A stretch of 17,683 bases of DNA, from positions 1 to 17,683 of the forward strand of contig NW_021824763.1 in the NCBI RefSeq assembly GCF_006345805.1, in the 5' to 3' direction. Source of the stretch: Octopus sinensis (lineage: Eukaryota). Positions 1 to 10,349 of the stretch are shown here, piece after piece. Below the pieces are notes generated by a model. It was not told the origin of the DNA and did not search any database. It worked only from the letters and a program-made list of their open reading frames with translations. The translations under genes and the position numbers were made by a program. Within the stretch, counting starts at the first letter, position 1. Each line of letters starts with the position of its first letter.

Positions 1-75
1 CTGTTTCAAGTTCTTGTTGGATAATTATTTTCAGTCCATAATTTCAAAACCTTATATAGTTTAAATAATAATTAC

Positions 76-499
76 TTATTTATGATTGGCAAATGTGAAT
101 TTCCTCATGTGCAAGCATCTCAATTCTTGCTCCGTCTAGCATTTATTACATTACCTTTAGATGTGAAAATTCTGTAAAATTCTTCTAAACATAACTCACA
201 CCTATAGGTACCAGGTCTGTATGGTTTTGTAGTACAAATTAATTCCCATTTAATCGTATAGTCCTTGTTTCTGTTCTTGAAGGACCAGATTAATTTTCTA
301 AAACTCGTTTGGAACCTTTTATGTTTGTTTTAAAATTAACTCGAATAATTTGCCAGTTTTTGAAAATTAATGATGTCCTACCGATGTAAAAGAATTGCTT
401 ACCTTCAGATGTAACTATACATCTATATGTTACATTTTTCGCTTTACACGTATTTCCTACATAACAGGATTCCCGTTCAGAACAATTGCAAGGATAGCC
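76..499 (-). mobile_element. Penelope-like retroelement remnant: C-terminal GIY-YIG endonuclease domain with two frameshifts
   Basis: Manual minus-strand translation from 499 gives GYPCNCSERESCYVGNTCKAKNVTYRCIVTSEGKQFFYIGRTSLIFK. After a frameshift it reads NKHKRFQTSFRKLIWSFKNRNKDYTIKWELICTTKPYRPGTYRCELCLEEFYRIFTSKGNVINARR, and after a second frameshift RCLHMRKFTFANHK* (TAA ends at 76). The CxC..C..C, VxY..YIG, IWxxK..YxIKW, CxLCLxE and CxH motifs occur in the order known for PLE GIY-YIG domains. The ORF track misses it (no Met, frameshifts). Confidence 0.85.
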
Positions 500-500
500 T

Positions 501-520
501 TATATATATATATATATATA
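501..520. repeat. (TA)10 microsatellite abutting the PLE remnant
   Basis: Read directly from the sequence. Confidence 0.95.
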
Positions 521-772
521 CTGAGGTGATAGTTATATGCTATTAGCACTTCATAGTGGATCGTGGCTAGCGTAGTATTCCAAAGTCAGTAGGAGATCAG
601 TGCGACTTAGAGTAATACTAAAGAGGCTACTACACAACTCCTTGGCCAGATTCAATAGTCTTAATATAATGTGCTGCAATCATATATAACTGTTAACCTG
701 TCCAAAAACAGTTTTTCAAGTGTTTTAGACTCTTTTACAAAATAGTCGTGTGTTATGCTTTGGACGAATTCT

Positions 773-816
773 ACTCTCTCTCTCTATCTTTCTCTCTCTC
801 TCTCTCTCTCTCTCTA
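773..816. repeat. (CT)n microsatellite, interrupted
   Basis: Read directly from the sequence. Confidence 0.9.
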
Positions 817-940
817 TCGTCGCTGTTCTTGCTGCTGTTACTATTGTTGATGTTTTGCTGCTATTAGTACTATCTCATTCCTCGATCGAGTTATACTCGT
901 AGTGAATAATTTCTCTACATTAGCCAATGTGTCATTATAT

Positions 941-1017
941 AAGACGACAGGAAATGATTCGATGTAAATTTAGTTTTGTTGCTATTTCTAACAGGTCGAG
1001 TAAGCAGGTAGACGCCC
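941..1017 (-). mobile_element. Family B SINE-like repeat, 5' fragment
   Basis: aagacgacagg...ttgctatttctaacaggtcgag is the reverse complement of the gctagaaatagcagcc block at 10375 and 13504. Confidence 0.65.
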
Positions 1018-1139
1018 TTTTGTTCGGTTCGTGGGTGGTTGTAGTTGATATGCTTTCTTGGTATTTTCACTGATGTATTTTAGTGCCGGTATGGTGTGCT
1101 ATACGACAACAAATACGGAAGAATGACATGAACTGTCGC

Positions 1140-1415
1140 TCGTACACATTCACACTCATACACACATACATAGACAAGCACACACGCTCACATACTCACC
1201 CATATATATATATACATATGTATGCATATATGTATATATGCTTACATACACGCACACTTGTATATGTATATATATATATATATATATATACATATATGCA
1301 TACACACACACACACATATATATATATATAAATGCATATGTATATATACATACACACACATATATAATCACTTCTCGGCCTTTTGGCTAAGATCAAAGTA
1401 TAGTATGTAGTATAG

Positions 1416-1450
<35 letters not shown>

Positions 1451-1544
1451 TATATACATACATACATACATACATACATACATACATACATACATACATA
1501 CATACATACATACATACATACATACATACATACATACATACATA
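1140..1544. repeat. Compound CA/TA microsatellite ending in a pure (TACA)n run of about 22 units (~1454-1544)
   Basis: Read directly; it explains the MYVC/YIYI pseudo-ORFs. Confidence 0.95.
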
Positions 1545-2164
1545 GAAAACTGACTTGCATTCTAAAGGCATGTAAGATTGTACTGGCATTTTTATTTTAT
1601 TTTATTTGTTTTGTTTCAAGGGTATAATTTCGATGACCTGTAGTTGGCAGTATGTTGGTAATATGTCACATTGCTATAAAATATTCACACACACGTACGC
1701 ACATACATACACACTCAAGAGACAAATATATTCGCGTATATAGACACGTATATAGACACAGTTGTGCGTAGACAGACGCTGATATACAAAGTGACATACA
1801 CGCACCACTACATCTGTACTGGATGAATATGTATTTAAAAACTTGGTCGAGTCCTAAGTACAGTTGTACGTTTTATAATTACTCACTTCCGTCTCAAAAG
1901 TGTTTACACGTGGTTCACTAATGGAAGAAAAAAAATAGAGATAAAAGTAGCGTCTAAGTACACGTGTATAGTTTCTGTGTTCTGTATTTAAGAATAGCTG
2001 TGTATGTGTTTGTATTATATATCTATATATATATATATATATATTATATATATGTTCCGCTGTATGTTTTTGTTAAGCCTTTCTATGTCTTTGAATGTAA
2101 ATGTAGTTACGTACGTAAGTGCGTGGTTGTGTTATAATATATATCAGTATAACCACGTAGCCAA

Positions 2165-2310
2165 GCACAGGCTTAACTGTATAGGTTAAGAGGTTAGTTA
2201 CGCTTTCAACAATGTATATGAACATGGTTCTGTACCGTGTTCGATCCCCACTCTGCGCCATCTTAGTCAATTCTATTTGTACCCATAGCTTCGAGTCAAC
2301 CCAAACTTAA
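2165..2310 (+). mobile_element. Highly degraded family C SINE 5' part
   Basis: acatggttctg..gttcgatccccact..catcttagtcaa..catagcttcgagtcaacc is colinear with 14108-14175 (cacatggtactgggttcagtctcactg..actatagcttcggatcgagc). Confidence 0.4.
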
Positions 2311-2336
2311 TTCCATTTAGCAACATGGAATCACCA

Positions 2337-2341
2337 ACACA

Positions 2342-2372
<31 letters not shown>
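2337..2372. repeat. (CA)n microsatellite
   Basis: Read directly from the sequence. Confidence 0.95.
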
Positions 2373-2373
<1 letters not shown>

Positions 2374-2429
2374 TTTATGCTAATACATGTACATAAGCAA
2401 ATATGCATATACATATCAATATATGTGAA

Positions 2430-2870
2430 TCGTTGGCGATTTTTCCTCCGTTTTCCTTTTCTATTGGACTTTCCTCGGTTTCTGAAGAAGAGCTTTGCTC
2501 AAAACGTAAAACCCGCTCCCTTTCCTTCCCTGAGCGTCTGTTAATACTTTACATGTACCATGTCCTCGCGTTGTTGTTTTTTGTGTTTGTTTTTAGTTAA
2601 TTTTTGGGGTGGTCTGGATATCTGTTTTCCTTTCTATATTTCTGATGAAGAGCTCCTCTCGAAACGTGAAATCCCCTTTTTCCTTTCCTGAGCACTTGTC
2701 CCACGTGTTCGCGTTCTTGTTTTTTTTCTTGCTTGTTCTTGTTTGGATTGACTATCGCTGTTTCTTTCTGTTCCTTTCTGTGGAAGAGCGTAGGCTCGAA
2801 ACGCCACTTCCCGAGCGTTAAACTAATATATCTATTTGTTGTCTACACCACCTGTCTTCGTATTTTTTTT
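2430..2870 (+). repeat. Three diverged tandem units (160 and 136 bp spacing), each with a minimal hammerhead-like motif; PLE terminal-repeat or retrozyme-like
   Basis: Motifs: tttCTGAAGAaGAGCtttGCTCaaaacgta at 2482; tttCTGATGAaGAGctcctCTCgaaacgtg at 2642; tttCTGTGGAaGAGCgtagGCTCgaaacgcc at 2778. Each is followed by ttcc(c/t)(t)gagc and a cgcgtt/cttcgt plus T-rich tail. Confidence 0.75.
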
Positions 2871-3212
2871 CTGAATTCAGTATATGTGACCATATGCACC
2901 CAGTTGTCCACTTTGGCATAAAGGTATTTTATGCCTCAGCGCTTGCATTCTTTATCAAGCATATTTCCCTGTTACCTTTTAAATATTGGCTTGTAAACAC
3001 GTACTCATTTGCATGTATTTGTTTAAAATAATTCATATGACAAATATAAGATTTGTGCAAAACTGTAGAATATTATTGATTGTGATACAAAGTGGTTCAA
3101 ATATATTTTTGAACCCGAATACAAGGTTCAAAGCATTACTCATGCGAAAAGTTATTGTCTATGAACGTATAATGCGGATGTGCGTCCATCTTTGGAGTCG
3201 ATGTTAAAAAAA

Positions 3213-3370
3213 AAGATCCGCTAAAATTAGCTGCCAAATTTTCTTCAAATCGAAACCTACCAACTTGAGAGAACAACACATTATACGTATATATGTTGAC
3301 TGAAGGATACGGTGGTCGAGAAAAAGATGAGATGGCCATGGTTTGAACGTTTTTCAGGGCTGATCAAGGC
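3213..3370 (+). mobile_element. Family B SINE-like repeat, degraded
   Basis: gatccgctaaaattagctgccaaattttcttcaaatc...aagatgagatggccatggtttgaa...cagggctgat is colinear with 10365-10567. Confidence 0.6.
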
Positions 3371-3880
3371 AAGTCAATACAAACACATATAAACAAATAT
3401 GTAATTATTAAAACAGTAGAATCTGTGGAAATAAATAACGGTCTGCAGCGGCGGTGAAGGTTATATACGTGTGTGTGTGTGTGTGTGTTTGTGTGTGTGT
3501 GTTTGTTTGTACAGACACTCACATGCATACATATCGGCATAAATAAATGAAATCTGCGTAGATGTTCAAATACTTAAAACTCATAGAAAAACACTTGAAT
3601 TTTAATGTTTTGATCAGTTTTTTGACAGTGCAATAAAGGAATGTGCATTGTTGTAATATAAAGTATAGTAGTTCTCTTCTGTCTTGTTACTATTCGGTTT
3701 TAGCTTTATTTCAAGGTGGTGCTATTGAGATAAACATGGGCTGCGCCTATACTGGCTGAAACCTATCAAATTTATCCGTTATATACTTGCTGTTGTTTAG
3801 TGACACTAAACTGCATTTAAAAGCACTCTAGTCACACCAATTCCATCTTTTAGATATTCATTTTAAATACGTAGAACTAC

Positions 3881-3903
3881 ATTATTTATTTATTTATTTA
3901 TTA

Positions 3904-3984
<81 letters not shown>

Positions 3985-3993
3985 TTATTATTA
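3881..3993. repeat. (ATTT)n/(ATT)n microsatellite
   Basis: Read directly from the sequence. Confidence 0.95.
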
Positions 3994-3997
3994 TTCT

Positions 3998-4070
3998 AAG
4001 ACAACCAGGGTATAGTTTGGAGGGTTATTTTGGACTTCTATTTGTAGCATGTCAAACGACCACTTAAAGG
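3998..4070 (-). mobile_element. Family B SINE-like repeat, 5' fragment
   Basis: aagacaaccagggtatagtttggagggttattttggacttctatttgtagcatgtcaaacgacc is colinear with 13343-13397 and 16052-16103. Confidence 0.55.
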
Positions 4071-4413
4071 AAATTCTTCGTTGGATCATGTTTTGCTATA
4101 TGTTTGGTGTTGGTTTCGGCTCAACATTGGCAGCTGATAAAGACGAGTCGCTTCAAAGTCACTTCAAATAAATCTGGAACAGCTATATCATATTTTCCAA
4201 ATATATTCTGGTGTAATATTTCTATTTATCTTAGTACATGTTTGTCGTCGATGGAATTTATCTGCATATATACATGTACGTGTGTGACTGTGTGTCTGTG
4301 CATACACACATGTGTGTGTGTGCGTATTTGTCTTTGATATGTTGAACATCTTGCCCTCATTATAAAGTATGAAAATATATGCTGCAAAATCTGCTATACA
4401 CTTTATATGCGGA

Positions 4414-4616
4414 TGTCGTTGATTAACCCCCGGATCAGCCGAGATAGAACAGAACTATGCTAAATAGTGTTCCAGCTTTGGCTATGTCTTTCCTCTGCCT
4501 TCGTATTCGAAAGCCGACTTACTTAACATGATGTTCTTCCTTTTCATATGAGTAGGTTGTAATTTGAGGGAGATTTAGCTAATGTTTCAAGCGGATCGAT
4601 TAAACGCATGTGGCTC
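4414..4616 (-). mobile_element. Family B SINE-like repeat, near full length, degraded
   Basis: ttaacccccggatcagcc...ttccagctttggctatgtcttt...aatttgagggagatttagctaatgtttcaagcggatc matches the reverse complement of the 3213 and 10350 copies. Confidence 0.6.
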
Positions 4617-5234
4617 ATCTTGTAGGGTCAATAAAGAAGAGGCGCTGCAACCTATCTTGTATGCATTGCATCATGGGTAGCCGCGTTTTCGATAATATCA
4701 CGTAGCATCCAACGTAGAAAGGTTTGCCTTCCTTGTGGGACGTTTTTCCTGCCTTTCTTTCTGTGAGAAGGGAGGGTAAACAATAAAAACAGAGATTTCT
4801 TCGAGGATTGGTCAAAAGAACTCGAAAAACTAAGAAAGAAAGACAGAGAAAAGGAAGGAAGGAGAGATAAGGAGCATGAAATAGCGATAGAGAAAAAGTA
4901 TTTTAAATTTGTGTTGGTGTGGTAACAAACCATATTGATGCTATTAATATTACTGTTGTTGTTGTTGATGCCAAAATCAAAATCCGTACTAATGCTGTGG
5001 GTGAGGGAGAGAAAAATTAATTCTGACGTTTCGGAGGTAGTTCTTTCGTCCGGAACATGCTTCTTATATTAATATGTAATAAATGTCATACCACTTGGGT
5101 TAAAGCAGGCAAAATATAAAAAACGAGCATTTATTTAATTTTTTTAGTAAGCTATAATGATGCAGGCAATATAATTTCTCTCAAGGTTTCTATTTGAAAG
5201 GAGGGCACCTGCTATTTAATTTCAATGAGCCCGT

Positions 5235-5322
5235 CCCCTGAAAGATAAAGCAAAGTTAAGTTAAAAACTCTGGTGGAATTCGAACACACATCGTGAAGGG
5301 TACAATTAAATACTGAGATAGC
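5235..5322 (-). mobile_element. Degraded family A SINE fragment
   Basis: cccctgaaagataagcaaagtt...ctctggtggaattcgaacacacatcgt resembles 15057-15110 (ccccgaacggatgaaggttaagtcgacttcggtggaacttgaactcagaacgt). Confidence 0.45.
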
Positions 5323-5594
5323 AGACAACATTGAGTCCATCATATTGTTTATGCCACCCATCATATTGTTTATGCTATAATAATAGCAACGATAACAAAT
5401 ATAATGGCTAAAACTAAAAATAATTTCTTAAGATTCTATATATATATATGTGTGTGTGTAATATATATATATATACATACATATATTGGCATATATATGT
5501 ATATTGGTATATAATGGAAGCGACGAGAAATATAATGAGATCACCGAGTTGAATGTTAAACTGAAAGACATTGCAATGTTAAAGACAAGAGGAC

Positions 5595-5799
5595 GGCGGC
5601 GAACAGGCAAGAATCGTTGGCCCGTCGGACAAAATGCTTAACGGCATTTCGTCCGTCTTTACATTTTGAGGTCGATTTTTCTTTTTATCCTTTTGAGAGT
5701 CAACAAAATTAATACCAGTTACGCACTGGGGTCGATGTAATCGACTTATCTCCTCTCTTAAAATTGCTGGCCTTGTGCCAAACATTGAGAGCAATATTA
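5595..5799 (+). mobile_element. Family A tRNA-derived SINE; B-box region deleted, alternative 3' tail
   Basis: ggcggcgaacaggcaagaatcgtt...gaggtcga...taccagttacgcactggggtcgatgtaatcgactt is colinear with the full copy at 14951-15176. The tail aattgctggccttgtgccaaa is shared with 15541-15580. Confidence 0.8.
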
Positions 5800-5878
5800 A
5801 AAACAACGAATTCAAATACCTCTATTGAGAGTTAAGGGTTTTAGTGGGGTAGAAACCTGTTAGTTGGAACTTTTGTGA

Positions 5879-6240
5879 TAGGCATAGCTGCGTGGTTTCA
5901 AGTTCAGTACCAGTGAGTAGCACCTTCTGCAAGTGTCTTCTACTATAGCCCTGAGCAGACCGATGCCTGGTGTGTGAATTTGGTCGAAGGAAAGCGTGCA
6001 GAAGTCCACTAAATATACGTGAGCAAGCGCAAGCGCTTGTATGCGTGTCTTTCATTTGTGTTTGTCCCCACCACCGCTTTACAAGTGGTGTGAGTTTGTT
6101 TACAGCTTCGTCACTTACAGACCGAAAGACAAAAAAAGAAAACAATTAGTACTGGGGCGGGGGATGAAGGGACGAAACCCTTCAAAGCGGTGACCCAGCA
6201 TGGTCGTAGTCCAATGATTGAAACAAGCAAAAGATAAAAC
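5879..6240 (+). mobile_element. Family C tRNA-derived SINE, near full length with internal deletions
   Basis: Colinear with 14067-14463: gttcagtacc, gcacc..gcaagtgtcttctactatagc, gtccccaccacc, gcatggtcgtagtc. Confidence 0.75.
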
Positions 6241-6289
6241 GACAACACAACAGAATGGTGATACAGGTTGTTGCGATAACAAGGACAGT

Positions 6290-6725
6290 GGCGGCAACGG
6301 AGAGAGGGAGGCAGTAGTTGATACGGTGGTGGTAACTATGGCGGCGGCGGCGGCGGCGGTGGTGGTGGTGGTGGTGGTGGTGGTGGTGGCTTGGTGAAAT
6401 TTAAAAAAAAAGATGTCGGTTGCTGTGATGGTAGAGATGCTAATAATGGCAGCAGTAATGATAGTTGTATTTGAGGCGATGTTGGTGGCGATGCAGGATG
6501 ATCTGATGGTGTTGGTAGCAGCGGTGATGATAATGGTGGTGGTGGTGGTGTTGGTAGGAACGGTGGTGGTAGTGTGGAGGAGATACTTGTTTCCTAGTTA
6601 TGATGGTGACTACAGTGTTGGTAGCGTTTATAATTCAAGTTGTTGTGATGGCATGGTGGGATGCCTTACAAGATTGACAGTGGTTCTTGAGATGCTGGTA
6701 ATGATGGTGGTGGAAGCGATGGTTT
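6290..6725. repeat. G-rich trinucleotide low-complexity tract: (GGC)n(GGT)n at 6340-6389, then degenerate GGT/GAT
   Basis: Read directly; it explains the V/M-rich ORF 6413-6739. Confidence 0.85.
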
Positions 6726-6811
6726 TAAGTATTCTATGACCGGATATTATCCTTCCAATTTAAACGGATGCGATTTCGTCTCGCACATGTGGTGTTTAAG
6801 CAGCAAGTGTA

Positions 6812-6992
6812 TGGGTATATATACATACACGCATACGCACACACATATACACACTGGCATATATATATATATATATGTATGTATGTATATGTATATGTAT
6901 GAATGTATGTATATATGTGTATATGTGTATACATAAATATGTGTATATGTAGGTATTTAAGTACAAACATATACCTGTATGTGTGAGCGCGC

Positions 6993-7030
<38 letters not shown>

Positions 7031-7034
7031 GTGT
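6812..7034. repeat. Compound TA/CA/TATG/(CG)n(TG)n microsatellite
   Basis: Read directly from the sequence. Confidence 0.9.
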
Positions 7035-7149
7035 TTGCGGGTGTGTTTTGTGCCTTTTTATATATTGGTATAGATATTTAAATAGATGCAATCATATGTA
7101 TATACGCATGTCTATGCATGCGCATACTCATACGTGTGTTGAGCGAGAG

Positions 7150-7270
7150 ACAAGGTAAGAACCTTGCTTCCTAAATAGAAGGATACCTGTTTCAGAACTC
7201 CAGATGTCGGGTTCAATCCCGCTACCCAGCATCCAAGCCTGTCGAGGAGATTAGCAGAAGGAAAAACCGT
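7150..7270 (+). mobile_element. Degraded family C-like SINE head
   Basis: ggtaagaaccttgcttcc (compare ggtaagagaattgcttcc at 14085) and a B-box-like gggttcaatcccg at ~7209-7221. Confidence 0.4.
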
Positions 7271-7446
7271 AGCGTACTTTCTAAGGCCAAGCCTTATCTA
7301 ACATTGCGTCACAACGATTCTTGCCTGACGATTTCATTAAGCATACAGGTGGTCTGTAACACACTGCAACGTAAAGACTGGCTTGGATGTTGGCAGAATT
7401 ACTGGCAGTTATCATTTCGTCAAAAGCGAGGCGAGAGTGAGTCCAG

Positions 7447-7807
7447 CACACACACACACACACGCACACACACACACAACAACACACACACACACACATG
7501 TGCATATAACTGCGTGGGTATGTATGTATATGCATGTATTCGCCTGTATGTGTATGTGTGTGCTTATCTATTATTTCTATTTATTTTTGTCGATTTTTTT
7601 CGTCTTTCAATGCATTAAATTATACACACAGGGATATTTACACTAGCTAGACCCTTGCGTTCAAATAAAACAGACGGGAATGAATATAAGTGTAGATGTT
7701 AGTGGATTTCTGTCTGTTTGTGAGTATATGGCGACACATGTACATACACATATACACAAAATTATATATCTGTGCATGTGGCGTGCGTGTGACTGTATGC
7801 ATGTATG

Positions 7808-7865
<58 letters not shown>

Positions 7866-8312
7866 ATGTATGTACATATACACGCACACAGACATATATA
7901 TATACATGCACGCACAAAAATATTCAAAACCATGTATACCTACAAACGTACAAATACACATAAGTACACACACACATTTACACACGTACACACACTCACA
8001 CATACGCACATTGAAACGCAATATGACATACGTAAATAATCAATTATTTTTATTATATATCATAAAATGGGTCACAGGTAGTTGACAATGTCAGTAAACG
8101 TGGAGTTTTTTTTTTTTTTACCAAATTTGAAGAGCCTCATCCGGCGAGACTTCGCTGTGACTGTCATGCTTTTAAAAAGAAAATACTTGATTTTTCACAC
8201 TTTTAGCGAGTCGTATGTATGTATTGTATGTATGTATGTATGTATGTTTTTGTGTGTGTATGTATGTGCGTATGTATGTATGTGTGTATGTATGTGTGTA
8301 TGCATACATGTA
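7447..8312. repeat. Cluster of CA, TA and TATG microsatellites (7447-7500, 7795-8010, 8215-8312)
   Basis: Read directly from the sequence. Confidence 0.9.
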
Positions 8313-8700
8313 CGAATGAATGCATTTGAAGTTTTGTTGTTGACATGATCTCGCCTCCTCCCGGTTTACCCACTGACATTTATAATCACTATTAGCGCTT
8401 CTTGTCCCTTTTCTCGTTGTAAACATTTGCATAATGGAAACCCTCATCATAATATACATGTATTTTTATTTTAATTCTATCGGTTTTTTTTCCTCATTAT
8501 AATTGTTTTAAAATCATTTGATAATGTTTAATGTTACACATTCTCTTATTTATATATCATCAATCTAACAAATATATTCTTGTTGCTCCCTCTTCTCCTT
8601 CTCTTCCTCCCCTCCTCTTTCCCGGTTCCCTTGCTGCTCTGTATATGCGTATACACGTCAATGCACACCCGGGTGATCACGTATATTTTATTTGAATATT

Positions 8701-8757
8701 CACTCTACGGGTGAAGCATCCGTTTCGAGTTACTCCTAGTCCCTCATCAGGTGTGCA
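8701..8757 (-). ncRNA. Type I hammerhead ribozyme motif with a complete catalytic core
   Basis: Minus strand reads tgCACAC-CTGATGA-GGG actaggagtaa CTC-GAA-ACGGaTG ctt CAcCCGT-A^GAGTG. Core CUGAUGA (8750-8744), GAAA (8726-8723) and a GUA cleavage triplet (8708-8706) are present, with stems I-III formable. AATAAA follows at 8692-8687. Confidence 0.75.
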
Positions 8758-9287
8758 CGATGCCCGTACAGCCGGTACGCAGACATACCAACATAGACGT
8801 ACACAGACACATATGTACATGCATGCATATTGGTGTGTGTGTGTATGTATGTATGCATGTATGAGTCACCCATGTGAGTTTCTACCCTTTGGTTCCATAA
8901 CCACGCTGACACTTTTGCTCCACTTCTCTTGTACAACCCGCTTTCCGTCATTCTCCTTTCATGTTTTCCACCCGCTTCAACCTCTGCCTCTTAATACATA
9001 CATAAGTGTGTATGTATGTATGCCTTTATATATGTACATCTCACTCCCTCTATATTTCGCTCCACCTCGTTGTTTTTATGGGGGGTGGGGGAGGCTGTTT
9101 CTTTTTCGTACTTTATTTTCTTTTTTGAGTTCATTGCATTTGTTTTTACCTTTTAAAAATACCTTTTCTCCAAATCTCTCTGAAAATAAACTAAAACTAC
9201 AAAAAAAAAAAGGTTAACAAAATGCAAGCCCCGAAAATATTGCTCCAACTCGTCTTTCTTCACTCTTTAACCTAACTCACTACTTCG

Positions 9288-9301
9288 CAAACACACACAC
9301 A

Positions 9302-9341
<40 letters not shown>

Positions 9342-9626
9342 GTATACATGTATGCGTGTGTATGCATGCCTCCTCCGTCTTATCTTAATCGCGCTATGCA
9401 TTTCTTTATCACTTTTCACCCCCACCTTCCCTTTCACTATCCCTCTTCTCTGCTCTCTATCCATTCTTCCCCCCCAACCCACCCCCTCTCTCTTCTCTAT
9501 GCCCCCATTATTTCATTTTATTGTCTATCTCCATCCATTCACACTTCATCACCATTATGATATCCCATATCTGATCCCTTCTATCCCAACAGACAGAAAC
9601 ACACAGACACACAGGCAAATAGACAA

Positions 9627-9665
<39 letters not shown>

Positions 9666-9703
9666 AGTGACTATAAAGAATCGTAATTCACCGAATATAT
9701 ACA

Positions 9704-9736
<33 letters not shown>

Positions 9737-9737
9737 T

Positions 9738-9780
<43 letters not shown>

Positions 9781-9926
9781 ATATATATATATATATAATA
9801 TATTTTATATATATATATATAATATTTGTTTTTACAAAATCTGGACAATGATTTCAAATTATCGGGCGTTGGTAGCTTTCTATGTTTGTCTGACGGATTA
9901 AGGCTAAACTTCCAAGAAACAACACG

Positions 9927-9966
<40 letters not shown>

Positions 9967-10005
9967 ATATATATATAGGTATAGATGGATGGATGGATGG
10001 ATGTA
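9288..10005. repeat. Cluster of CA, TACA, TA and GGAT microsatellites with a pyrimidine-rich tract (~9365-9590)
   Basis: Read directly from the sequence. Confidence 0.9.
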
Positions 10006-10169
10006 TACATATGTACGTGCGTATTTATGTATACACACCAGGCTGTATAGACAGAAGCAGATTGTCAGCGTTTAATTTACTTTCTGTAATACTTCATAAC
10101 ATCCTACCCCACCATCCAGTCAGCCAGCCAGCCAGCAAGCCACCACCCATCTTCTTCCTCATCATGGTG

Positions 10170-10211
10170 TCAACTACCACCACCTACATCACCATCTCAC
10201 CCACTACAGCA

Positions 10212-10279
<68 letters not shown>

Positions 10280-10285
10280 CACCCC
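10170..10285. repeat. (CTA)n/(CCA)n trinucleotide microsatellite
   Basis: Read directly; it explains the poly-Thr ORF. Confidence 0.95.
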
Positions 10286-10349
10286 TATCTCTATTACTGG
10301 CACCACAACGGAACATCACCTCTAACCCCAACCCAACATCTCCTTTAGA

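Noticed and set aside
120-122. In-frame TGA in the PLE endonuclease as possible selenocysteine (reported for some PLEs)
   Set aside because: The conserved CxH motif resumes in a different frame, so a frameshift explains the stop, and no SECIS element is identifiable
2430-2870. CRISPR-like repeat-spacer array
   Set aside because: Eukaryotic context; the units are long, diverged and homologous throughout, with no unique spacers or cas genes
7325-7380. CTGACGA followed by gcaacgta as another hammerhead
   Set aside because: No GAAA, and no formable stem II or stem I
8418-8432. Adjacent Fox-like (tgtaaaca) and octamer (atttgcat) motifs
   Set aside because: Short AT-rich motifs are expected by chance in 17 kb, and there is no independent support
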